From the sequence record LC667451.1: a stretch of 64,000 nt of DNA. One strand, written 5' to 3'. The notes under the pieces were generated by a model that saw nothing but the letters and a program-made list of their open reading frames with translations, did not search any database and was not told the origin of the DNA. Every line of letters starts with the position of its first letter. The first letter of the stretch is position 1. Below, one piece after another: positions 29,318 to 37,689 of this stretch. The translations under genes and the position numbers were made by a program.

Positions 29318-29348
29318 CATAGAGCCGGGGTCACCCCCGGCTCTTATG
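29318..29348. terminator. CATA-hairpin-TATG element at a convergent junction
   Basis: catagagccgggg-tcac-ccccggctcttatg. Confidence 0.75.
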
Positions 29349-29354
29349 CCCTTC

Positions 29355-30869
29355 TTACTTGAAGAGGTCCTTGGCTTTCGCTGCCAGGTGACGATTGCGC
29401 ATCTTCTCGGCTTGCTTGGCGAGTTCCTGAATGACTTCCGGTGCATGGGACTCACGCGCCGAGCCTTGCAGGTCCCGATAGATCGCAACAGCCAGACGAT
29501 AGGCAAAGCCCGTCACCCGTGCTGCCATCGTTTCCACAATCGAGCGATAGGCATTCATGCGGTTGGCAATCAGCGAGAGATCCCGCACGTCTTGCCGCAC
29601 GGCATCGAGCGCTTCACGCATCGGCTGCGCCATGGAGTGATCCGGCATGCCTGGCGCGCCATCGGTAATGACGTTGCCAATCTTCGTCTCGATGATGTCG
29701 AGATACTTCTCGATCGTCAACAGACGAATGCCGATATTACGCCCCGACTCAATCAGCTTCTTGGTCGGGCCCTGAGCCAATGCATCCGCCATGCGGGTGA
29801 ACACTTGCTCAAAGGAGAGGTGAACTTGTGGATCACCTTGCGAGGCTTCCATGTAGACGTGGTTGTAGTTATCCGCCACGTCTTGCAGCGTTTGCTGGCG
29901 ACCTTGCCAGTTCAGTTCGATCCGTTGCAGCAGGATCTCGAGCGAGCGACCCTGCACGAGCTGATCACCCAGTTGGGTCGAACCCTGACTGGCGACGATA
30001 CCGTTGAGCACGTTGGTCTTTTGCATCATGACCGAAAGTGCTTGCTGGACGAGGCCAACCAGGTCTTCAGTCATCATGGTCCAGGGACCTTGTTCGATGA
30101 TGTCGTGGAAGATCGGATTACGGCCTTCCATAAACTGCCGCACTTCATCGGTGGCTTCGGTGTCGTACAGGTAGTGGGCTACCAGCTTATCGAAGTCACT
30201 GACGTGCTGCGTTTCGCCGTGCTGGTCCTTCAGGTCAACGCCCTTGGTCACTTCGGCCTGGACCAGCTTAGCCAGGGTACCGAGATCTCGCAGGTCCTGT
30301 TGAATCTCTTCGGAGCGATACTCCTGCTGTTGCGCGACTTGCTCGACTTCCTTGACGATTTGGTCGTTGGACTTATTCATCAAGTGCTCGTTGGCATCAC
30401 GGGAGCCCACAATCCACAGCGCAAAGCGACGCAACAATTCGCGCAGCTTCTTGATGAGGTGTTGGAAGACTTCCTTGATCTTGCCGAGCACAGACTCCAT
30501 CGCAGGCTTGTAGCGCGTGGCTGTAGGCTGCTTGGTGTACCAGTTAAGTGAGCGGCCGCCATCGAACTCAGCATCCAGGCGCATTGCTTCTTGGGCAATG
30601 GCCTGACTCATCCCGCCGAGTTTCTTCAAGTCGGCGAGCACGTAGCCCAGGTCTTCGATACGGTTCGCTTCTTGCGCGATCACTTGCAGGTCATCTTTCA
30701 GTTCGGGCACTTCACCCGGAATGACTTCCTTAAAGAGATCGTGCGCTTGGACCTCGGGCATCTGGTGGACGTCCGGGTAGCTCTTAACCGGTACAGTCTG
30801 ATCGACTTCGTTCGCGTCAATGTCAGGCTCAACTCCGTGGTTCAAACCCCACTCGTTAAGCCCCGACAT
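29355..30869 (-). CDS. Head/virion protein, gp86-like
   Basis: 504 aa. Propeptide ends in PAMES, followed by the amphipathic family helix KIKEVFQHLIKKLRELL. Confidence 0.6.
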   Translation of the reverse strand: MSGLNEWGLNHGVEPDIDANEVDQTVPVKSYPDVHQMPEVQAHDLFKEVIPGEVPELKDDLQVIAQEANRIEDLGYVLADLKKLGGMSQAIAQEAMRLDAEFDGGRSLNWYTKQPTATRYKPAMESVLGKIKEVFQHLIKKLRELLRRFALWIVGSRDANEHLMNKSNDQIVKEVEQVAQQQEYRSEEIQQDLRDLGTLAKLVQAEVTKGVDLKDQHGETQHVSDFDKLVAHYLYDTEATDEVRQFMEGRNPIFHDIIEQGPWTMMTEDLVGLVQQALSVMMQKTNVLNGIVASQGSTQLGDQLVQGRSLEILLQRIELNWQGRQQTLQDVADNYNHVYMEASQGDPQVHLSFEQVFTRMADALAQGPTKKLIESGRNIGIRLLTIEKYLDIIETKIGNVITDGAPGMPDHSMAQPMREALDAVRQDVRDLSLIANRMNAYRSIVETMAARVTGFAYRLAVAIYRDLQGSARESHAPEVIQELAKQAEKMRNRHLAAKAKDLFK

Positions 30870-31323
30870 CCGCTGCCTCCGTGGTCTTCACCACGCAGAG
30901 CGCTTCACGCACGAGCGCGAAGATCGCGTCCTTGTGATCGTTGCAGAAGCAATGCATTTCTTCGGCCAGGTACAGCGTGGCGCCGACGACCGAGTCGACG
31001 AAGCCGAGCGTGGGCGGTGCGAAGAACTGCGCGCCGGGGTAAGCCGCCGAGTAACGCAGCAGCCAGAAGGTACGCACGACTTCACGGCAGTAGCGCGTGT
31101 CGAATACGACTTCTTCGTTGAAGCGGGCGATCAGGTCGGTGAGCGTCAGGCCGACTTGGGCGGTGAAGTAGTTCTCGGGCGAAACTTCGAGTTGCAGCGA
31201 AGGCAGCGAGAGCTTCGAGGCCAGCGCGATGCCGATACCGGTGGCGAGGATACGGCCACGCAGCGAGGGGTCGGTCACGACACGGTCAGCGACGCGCGAG
31301 AATTCCAGGTACTTGATGTCCAT
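30856..31323 (-). CDS. Conserved phage protein, gp85-like
   Basis: 155 aa, in operon. Confidence 0.55.
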   Translation of the reverse strand: MDIKYLEFSRVADRVVTDPSLRGRILATGIGIALASKLSLPSLQLEVSPENYFTAQVGLTLTDLIARFNEEVVFDTRYCREVVRTFWLLRYSAAYPGAQFFAPPTLGFVDSVVGATLYLAEEMHCFCNDHKDAIFALVREALCVVKTTEAADVGA

Positions 31324-31348
31324 TTGTTTTCAGTCCGACGAGAGGGGG

Positions 31349-32665
31349 TTAGTACAACGTCTTCAGTTCTGCTGACTTGACGAACAGATCGTTCGCCACC
31401 AGCTGTTCGAGTTCGCGCGCGAGCTTCTCTTGCGCAAAGCGATCCCGGCGTTCCGAGGACAGGAAGTTGAACACAGCACTGATCAGCGTGAAGCGATCCT
31501 TCACCGTGAGGAGCAGGCGATCGATCACCACCAGGTCGGCCTTGATGCGCTCGACCAACTCCTTCGAGATGTCCCGATCCTTGAGCTGTTGCACGAGCTG
31601 GTCGCGAATACGCGACAGACGCACGCCAGGACGGTCGTAGGACTCGTGGCCGGGGCTGTCGAACAGGATGAGACCCATCCACACGAAGAACGGCACGATC
31701 GCCGCAGCGGGCGCTACAATGGCCAGCAGCACCGAACCGAGCATCATGATGACCTTCAGGATTTCCATCGCGATAAACATGCCGCCCGAGCGCACCGAGA
31801 TGTCGCCGAAGGCACGATGGACTTTGTCCAGCGCCGTGATGAGGTCACGCTGCGCGCCGTGGCGAGCTGCGAACTGGTCGGCGAGCTGTTCCCAGTTGTT
31901 CTGGTCGTAGACGCTCGTGCCGATTTCCGACGGCGCCATCTTCGCCACTTCTTGCAGGATCTTGACCGTGGCCATCATGCCACCATTGCCGTCGGCCAGC
32001 TTCTTCAGTTCTTCTGCGTCGATCTTCAGCGCGTTGGCCGCAGTCGTCAGAATGACCATGCGTTCGTTCGGATCGTGGCTTTCTTCCAGACCACGCGCGA
32101 CGCCCGCCAGCACCTGGTTGGTCGTGACTGAGTGGATCAGATACTCGAAGCCCGTGAAGAGATGGCCCACTTCATGCAGCGTGATCGCCGAGAGTTCACC
32201 AGGGGTGAACTCTGAACCACCGAAGCGACCACCGACCCATGACTTGGGCATGTTCAGCACGCACTTGATCTCGCTGAAGGCGCCGGTGACTTTACTGGTC
32301 ACCAGGTTCACGGTACCGCGAATCAGCCCGTCCTCGGCCTTCTTGATCATCTTGAGGGCCGTCGTGTGCTGGAAGTACTCGCGCCAGACGTTGGAGAGCA
32401 GCGGGTTGTTCTTGTCCAGGATCGGCGGCATGCAGTACGCACCGCCTTCTTCCATGGTGAACTCGATCTGAATGCCCGTGCGATCGAAGATGGCCTGCGC
32501 AATGTTTTTGGCGGCATCCGATTCCGGCATCTGACGCTGGCCGACCTTCTTCAGCTCTTCGAAGAGCCCGGAAAGCTGTTCATGGAAGGAATTGTCCTGG
32601 AAATCGATCATCTCCAGAGCAAGACCTACTGACATGAACGGGGAGAGTTGGTGTTGACTCTTCAT
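31349..32665 (-). CDS. Virion protein, gp84-like, with zincin metallopeptidase motif and hydrophobic C-terminal segments
   Basis: ALE processing motif, ITLHEVGHLF (HExxH), downstream EQLADQFAARHG, long hydrophobic stretch. Confidence 0.7.
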   Translation of the reverse strand: MKSQHQLSPFMSVGLALEMIDFQDNSFHEQLSGLFEELKKVGQRQMPESDAAKNIAQAIFDRTGIQIEFTMEEGGAYCMPPILDKNNPLLSNVWREYFQHTTALKMIKKAEDGLIRGTVNLVTSKVTGAFSEIKCVLNMPKSWVGGRFGGSEFTPGELSAITLHEVGHLFTGFEYLIHSVTTNQVLAGVARGLEESHDPNERMVILTTAANALKIDAEELKKLADGNGGMMATVKILQEVAKMAPSEIGTSVYDQNNWEQLADQFAARHGAQRDLITALDKVHRAFGDISVRSGGMFIAMEILKVIMMLGSVLLAIVAPAAAIVPFFVWMGLILFDSPGHESYDRPGVRLSRIRDQLVQQLKDRDISKELVERIKADLVVIDRLLLTVKDRFTLISAVFNFLSSERRDRFAQEKLARELEQLVANDLFVKSAELKTLY

Positions 32666-32757
32666 CGTTGTCCCTAGGGTGATTTCATCAATATCAGAAA
32701 ATACCGAAGGCGGCCATCTTCTGACGCGAATGTCATAGAAATGACGCTGGAGAACGA

Positions 32758-33075
32758 ATGATTCAATTAGTGCTTGGCTATATCAGGACGCACCTGACGT
32801 ACGACATGATCAATGCGTGTCTGGAGCTTGCGGGGGCAACGCTTCGATCCATCGATTGCATCAAGCTGTATCGAGCCAAGCGTTTCCAAGGAGGCTCGCT
32901 CTGGACCGCCCTGTTCTTCTTTTTGTGGGGTCTGTTTAACATCGTTTATTATCCGTCATTTAACCAGACCTACAGCTGGGCGGCTGCCATTGCGCTGACA
33001 GTTGTGAATGGTCTCTGGATTTCGATGGCGGTGTTTTACAATCGTCGTTATAGCAAACAACAGGTTAAAGCATGA
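32758..33075 (+). CDS. Small 3-TM membrane protein, PQ-loop/SemiSWEET-like
   Basis: SD ggag. Three hydrophobic helices. The IKLYRAKRFQGGS loop resembles the SemiSWEET IKTIRTRNTEGIS loop, but the PQ dipeptide is absent. Confidence 0.45.
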   Translation: MIQLVLGYIRTHLTYDMINACLELAGATLRSIDCIKLYRAKRFQGGSLWTALFFFLWGLFNIVYYPSFNQTYSWAAAIALTVVNGLWISMAVFYNRRYSKQQVKA

Positions 33076-35027
33076 GCGAAGTGAAAAATGTAGCTGCGGC
33101 TGACAAACCCATTGGGTACGAATGCCGGTTCGCCGTGTATTGTCCTCCGCCTCCGGGCTCGGACGATGACTACCATCTGGTCAAGGAAGTCGCGCACTAC
33201 GCGGATGGCCGCAAAGAACCGCGCACTCGACTGGTGAAGAACTATCCTCGGCCGTTCTGGGTGACCAAGAAAGGTTGCCGGAATCACGAGCAGAAGAAGG
33301 AATGGGAAGAGCTCAATAAGCTCGACAAGTTCGAAGCTACCCAGTCCAAGCTGAACGATGCGATCAAGAAGGCGCTGGACATGCGCTGGTTCCAAGGGGA
33401 CCCGCGTCAACTCTCGCGTTCACCCTTCCTGTATGGCTCGGACATTCTGTCGACGGCCGTCATGAAGAAGACGTATCAGAAGAAGTGGCCCAATCTGCAA
33501 ACACCGTACACGGTGGCCTGCTTCGATACGGAAAAGGACGTCGTCTACGGTACCGAAGAGATCAACATGGCGACGCTCTCATTCGGCAAGAAGGTCTTCA
33601 CGGCAGTGCAGAAGGCATTCGTCGAAGGGCTATCGGATGTGCAGGATCGAGCGCACGCCACCTTCAAGAAGTATCTGTCAGCGATTGACATGAAGGACAA
33701 GAAGGACAACCCGATCGTGGTCGACGTGATCGAGAAACGTGGGCTGGAGTGGGAACTGGTGGTGGTCGAGTCGGAAATCGATGTCATCGTCGAATGCATG
33801 AAGAAAGCGCACGAATGGAAGCCCGACTTCGTCGCGATCTGGAACATCGACTTCGACATGCAGATGATGATCAAGGCCTGCGAGAAAGCTGGCTACGATC
33901 CTGCTCACCTCTTTAGCGATCCATCGATGCCGCATGACTGGCGTCACTTTAAGTACAAGCAAGGCCCGAAGCAGAAGAAGACGGCCTCCGGCAAGATCAC
34001 GCCGATTAAGCCTGCAGATCAATGGCACACGGTTTATACGCCAGCGAGCTTCTACTTCATCGACGCGATGTGTGTGTACCGGAAGATCCGGATTGCCAAG
34101 GGGGAAGAGCCGTCGTATGCGCTGGACGCCATCCTGGACAAGATCTTGGGTGCGCGTAAGCTCAAGTTCAAGGAAGCCGAGCAGTACACCAAGCTCGAGT
34201 GGCACCAGTACATGCAGCAGAACTTCAAGCTCGAATACATCGTCTACAACGTCTTTGACTGTGTATCGATGGAGATGCTGGACGAGACCACGCTAGACTT
34301 AGCGGTGGCGTTACCAGGTGGATCGGGTTGCTCAGACTTCGGCAACTTCAAGTCACAGCCGCGTCGTACCGTGGACGATCTGCATTACTTCGCCATGGAC
34401 GAGAAGGGGCTGGTCATCGGTAGTACGTCTGATGAGATGGCGTCCGACCTGGATCAGCTGACGCTTGGTCTGGAGAACTGGATCGTCACACTGCCTGCTC
34501 ACCTGGTGGCGGACAACGGTTTGCAGTTGATCGAAGAGTATCCGTTGTTGCGCACCAATATCCGGGTGCACGTGGCGGACTTGGACGTCTCGGCATCGTA
34601 CCCGAACGGTGAGGTGGTCTTTAACATCGGTAAGTGTACGACCAAGAAGGAGCTCTGTAGCGTCGAGGGTGTCTCCGAACAGTTGCAGCGCGCTCAGGGT
34701 ATCAATCTGTCGGGAGGCCACACGAACGCGGTTGAGTTCTGTGTGGATATGTACAAGCTTCCACACATGGACACCTGGCTGCGTGAGTTCAACATGGCGC
34801 GCGGGATTCCGCTGGTACAAGATGCGACCCAGGAAGAACTGGACTTCATCTCGTCTCTGCTGCGCTCGGGTGAAGGTTCACCGACGACACCGGTTCGTCT
34901 GCAGATGACCACGGGCGTGACCATGACGATGGGTGGTGAACATCGTCCGATCAACGAGAACGGTTGGATCGACATGACGGACGCTGATAGCGAATCCGAT
35001 CAGGCCATTGTTGCCATGGAGGAGTAA
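33072..35027 (+). CDS. Family B DNA polymerase subunit (exonuclease + palm motif A), phiKZ gp82-like split polymerase
   Basis: ExoI FDTE, ExoII WNIDFD, ExoIII YNVFD, motif A DLDVSASYPN. No motif C was seen, consistent with a split PolB. Confidence 0.9.
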   Translation: MSEVKNVAAADKPIGYECRFAVYCPPPPGSDDDYHLVKEVAHYADGRKEPRTRLVKNYPRPFWVTKKGCRNHEQKKEWEELNKLDKFEATQSKLNDAIKKALDMRWFQGDPRQLSRSPFLYGSDILSTAVMKKTYQKKWPNLQTPYTVACFDTEKDVVYGTEEINMATLSFGKKVFTAVQKAFVEGLSDVQDRAHATFKKYLSAIDMKDKKDNPIVVDVIEKRGLEWELVVVESEIDVIVECMKKAHEWKPDFVAIWNIDFDMQMMIKACEKAGYDPAHLFSDPSMPHDWRHFKYKQGPKQKKTASGKITPIKPADQWHTVYTPASFYFIDAMCVYRKIRIAKGEEPSYALDAILDKILGARKLKFKEAEQYTKLEWHQYMQQNFKLEYIVYNVFDCVSMEMLDETTLDLAVALPGGSGCSDFGNFKSQPRRTVDDLHYFAMDEKGLVIGSTSDEMASDLDQLTLGLENWIVTLPAHLVADNGLQLIEEYPLLRTNIRVHVADLDVSASYPNGEVVFNIGKCTTKKELCSVEGVSEQLQRAQGINLSGGHTNAVEFCVDMYKLPHMDTWLREFNMARGIPLVQDATQEELDFISSLLRSGEGSPTTPVRLQMTTGVTMTMGGEHRPINENGWIDMTDADSESDQAIVAMEE

Positions 35028-35269
35028 TGCTGCACGAGACTTACTTCAACACCAGTCCAACTGATCCGGTGAAGTTGGAGCCGGGCAACAAGCATCGGAA
35101 GATCAACTTCGATCTGTGTACGGCAATTGATCTGACCAAGATGAGTATTGTCTTGGATGATCTGGTGGCCGCAGGCATGCATCCCAACCTGGCTCACTTG
35201 TATAAGATCCAGGCCGATGCGCTCTTGCAGCAGTTGCGTTCTGAGAACAACCGTATCCACGGTCTCTGA
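35027..35269 (+). CDS. Hypothetical protein (80 aa)
   Basis: TAATG coupling to the polymerase gene. Confidence 0.6.
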   Translation: MLHETYFNTSPTDPVKLEPGNKHRKINFDLCTAIDLTKMSIVLDDLVAAGMHPNLAHLYKIQADALLQQLRSENNRIHGL

Positions 35270-35273
35270 GGAC

Positions 35274-35322
35274 AAAAAAAAAAGAGGTCATAACGAGCGA
35301 GCCCTAGGGCTCGCTCTATGAC
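35274..35322. terminator. CATA-hairpin-TATG terminator at a convergent junction
   Basis: A10 run, then gtcata-ac-gagcgagccc-ta-gggctcgctc-tatgac. Confidence 0.8.
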
Positions 35323-35323
35323 G

Positions 35324-35974
35324 TTACTTGGCTTTCCAGGGCAAACGGTCTTCCCACTTCAAGCGCAGTACGCGAGCGTAGCGATCCGCCAGCTGACGAG
35401 TGCGACCAACGCTCAATTCCAATACTTCGGCCATCTTGACGTACGTGATGCCGCGCGCATGGAGCTCGACGACTAGCTTGCTCACCAACATGGCCATGTC
35501 GTGCGTGACACGGTTCATCTTGTCCAGGTCGTCTGCATATCGCAGACGCTCAGACGAGCCAAACATCCATGCGCGTTCATCATCCGTGAGCACGTTGGAA
35601 AGCGTACTCAGGGCAGCCGCCTTGCGCATGTGGGCGTCTAGCCTGACGATGTAGGGCCGACGCATTTCGTTCAACGCATGCTGACTGCCCAGACGAATGG
35701 CTCGCGTTTCCAACTCTTCGAACTTGACACGGGTGAATTCCGAGACATGGTAGAGGTAGTCTTCGCGGTTGTCTTCGTCTCGTGCTTCCCAGGCCGCGTC
35801 GAACTCGTCGACCCACGCCTTCACGTGATCAAACATCCCGCGTGAACCACCCACCATGTCCATCAGTTCCTCACCGCGCGCCTTCGAGAGCTTATTCCAG
35901 AGCACTCCCACGTCCATGGAGATGTCGAAGAGAATTTCCTGCTGGCGCTGCAAGTCCTGTAGTGTATTTGCCAC
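35324..35974 (-). CDS. Hypothetical protein with a C-terminal helix-turn-helix
   Basis: GTG start with SD aaggag. GITYVKMAEVLELSVGRTRQL is HTH-like. Confidence 0.6.
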   Translation of the reverse strand: MANTLQDLQRQQEILFDISMDVGVLWNKLSKARGEELMDMVGGSRGMFDHVKAWVDEFDAAWEARDEDNREDYLYHVSEFTRVKFEELETRAIRLGSQHALNEMRRPYIVRLDAHMRKAAALSTLSNVLTDDERAWMFGSSERLRYADDLDKMNRVTHDMAMLVSKLVVELHARGITYVKMAEVLELSVGRTRQLADRYARVLRLKWEDRLPWKAK

Positions 35975-35988
35975 GGCAATCTCCTTGG

Positions 35989-36546
35989 TTATTCTGCCAT
36001 GACCAGACGGAACGCTGTCACCTCAACTTCTTCATCGAGGATCTCGCGTTCCAGATCGGCCGGGTCGATTGCGCCCGGATGGAACTTGTGGATCGTGTGC
36101 ACACGACGCTGACCGTCGGACCAGTTGTTCTCCTCCCAGTCCCAGACAATCACCGAAGTCGAGTAGCCGTAGCCGTACGCATGGCGGACCTCGTATTCCT
36201 GGTCCTTGAACTTCAGTGTCGCGACGGCCACCGGGATCTTCTTCAGTAGGCCGAGCGGACCTTCCTTGCGGTCGTACACCAGCGTCGGGTCTTTCAGCAG
36301 ATTGCAGAAGCGCTTGATCTCGCTTTCCTTAGCATCGCGATCCGCTTTAGTGGGGAACCACCAGGCGTAGATATGTGACTCGCCTGACACCGGATCGGTT
36401 TCGTTGGGATGGCCGAAACGACCAATGAACATCTTGTTCTTGGCTGCTGCACCCCAGACGCGCAGCATGAACCATTCGCTATCGCGACGGCGGATGATTT
36501 GCTTGACTTGCTTGCGTGCGATCTTGAAAACTTCTGCTTCACTCAT
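35989..36546 (-). CDS. Hypothetical protein (185 aa)
   Basis: Strong SD gaggag, operon context. Confidence 0.7.
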   Translation of the reverse strand: MSEAEVFKIARKQVKQIIRRRDSEWFMLRVWGAAAKNKMFIGRFGHPNETDPVSGESHIYAWWFPTKADRDAKESEIKRFCNLLKDPTLVYDRKEGPLGLLKKIPVAVATLKFKDQEYEVRHAYGYGYSTSVIVWDWEENNWSDGQRRVHTIHKFHPGAIDPADLEREILDEEVEVTAFRLVMAE

Positions 36547-36564
36547 TTCTACTCTCCTCGTACC

Positions 36565-36897
36565 TTAACGAATAATTTCCAGACCTTCCCACCGAATGAT
36601 GCGTCCTGTGTAGTCCGTTCTAAAATAACCTACGACCGTGATTGGGTCGATCTGCATGCCTTCGAGCAGCGTTTCCTTCGCTTCGCAACGCATGACCAAC
36701 TTCCAGCCCTCCGTAACCATGCTGAGCTCTTTGACTTCAGTCTCGATACGCGATGCGCCAACCATGTAGTCGTAGTTGATCAGGTGTTTCATGTCGCGCA
36801 CCCAAAGATCCACCCACATGGTACCGCCCAATGCTGAGAGATTCTCTTTCAGCCAGACTTGCAGGTCATTAAAGCCTTTGACTTCATTCGGGTTCAT
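36565..36897 (-). CDS. Hypothetical protein (110 aa)
   Basis: Strong SD gaggag. Confidence 0.7.
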   Translation of the reverse strand: MNPNEVKGFNDLQVWLKENLSALGGTMWVDLWVRDMKHLINYDYMVGASRIETEVKELSMVTEGWKLVMRCEAKETLLEGMQIDPITVVGYFRTDYTGRIIRWEGLEIIR

Positions 36898-36944
36898 GCG
36901 TACTCTCCTCGTCGAAGGCCCTCCGGAAGGAGGGCGCTATGCTC

Positions 36945-37562
36945 TTACTTGATGCCGTTGTGGCGGGCGAATTCGTCAAACGTCCAGGTCGTATTGGCTT
37001 GCGTGCCAATACGTTCCTTGTAGACAGTTAGCCACATGTCCTGGAACGGCTTGCCTTTGTCCTTCGCTTCCTGAAGGAGCGCCTTGTGACGCTCATTGGC
37101 GTTACGCCACACGGCGCCATCGTCCGAGTAGTCGTACCACCAGTTATGGCTCTCCAGGCGCGCACGAAACGCCATGAGCTCCTTTTGTTCAGGCGTCATG
37201 ATGGCTTCGTAATCCGCTTTCAGCTTCTGGATCTTCTCCTGCGTCTTATCGCGCTCGTTACGGATCGCCTGATCCACGGCCGTGCTGATCAGACTGCGGA
37301 TGGAGTCTTCCTTCACGCGACGGAAGGTATCCAGACCGCGCAATGCTTGTGACATCGCCCGGCTGAACAGGCGGTCTTCCGCCTTGGTCTGCTGGATGAA
37401 GTCACCGTAGTTATTCGTGGTGTGTGCCCAGACGTGCTGGTACAGATCTTCCATGAAGTCTTCGAACGACTCCGTGGGCTTGAATGCTTCACGACGAATC
37501 GGAGTACCGAATTCACGCGGCAGATTCCTGTTGGGATTCGGGGTACGCTTTTCGTTTTGCAT
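36945..37562 (-). CDS. Hypothetical early protein with coiled coil and HxWxYxYSDD motif
   Basis: ATG 37562 (track starts at TTG 37571). Lies downstream of the TATATTAC promoter. Confidence 0.7.
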   Translation of the reverse strand: MQNEKRTPNPNRNLPREFGTPIRREAFKPTESFEDFMEDLYQHVWAHTTNNYGDFIQQTKAEDRLFSRAMSQALRGLDTFRRVKEDSIRSLISTAVDQAIRNERDKTQEKIQKLKADYEAIMTPEQKELMAFRARLESHNWWYDYSDDGAVWRNANERHKALLQEAKDKGKPFQDMWLTVYKERIGTQANTTWTFDEFARHNGIK

Positions 37563-37625
37563 GATGATCAACTCGTAGACATTAAAGGGATTTGTTCTTG
37601 GAGTTCTACTCCATGTAACAGTCCG

Positions 37626-37633
37626 GTAATATA
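37626..37633 (-). promoter_or_regulatory. phiKZ-type early promoter TATATTAC
   Basis: Exact TATATTAC on the minus strand in an AT-rich gap upstream of the accessory block. Confidence 0.7.
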
Positions 37634-37657
37634 GATCCGAAATAAAATAGAATCGAC

Positions 37658-37686
37658 GTCATAGAGCGGAGCCGAAGCCCCGCTCA
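37658..37686 (-). terminator. Endolysin terminator with TATG
   Basis: gtcata-gagcggagc-cgaa-gccccgctc. T-rich tail on the minus strand. Confidence 0.7.
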
Positions 37687-37689
37687 GAC

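Noticed and set aside
33072-35027. Truncated polymerase or pseudogene
   Set aside because: Split PolB is the established state in phiKZ-like phages. The second half is expected elsewhere in the genome.
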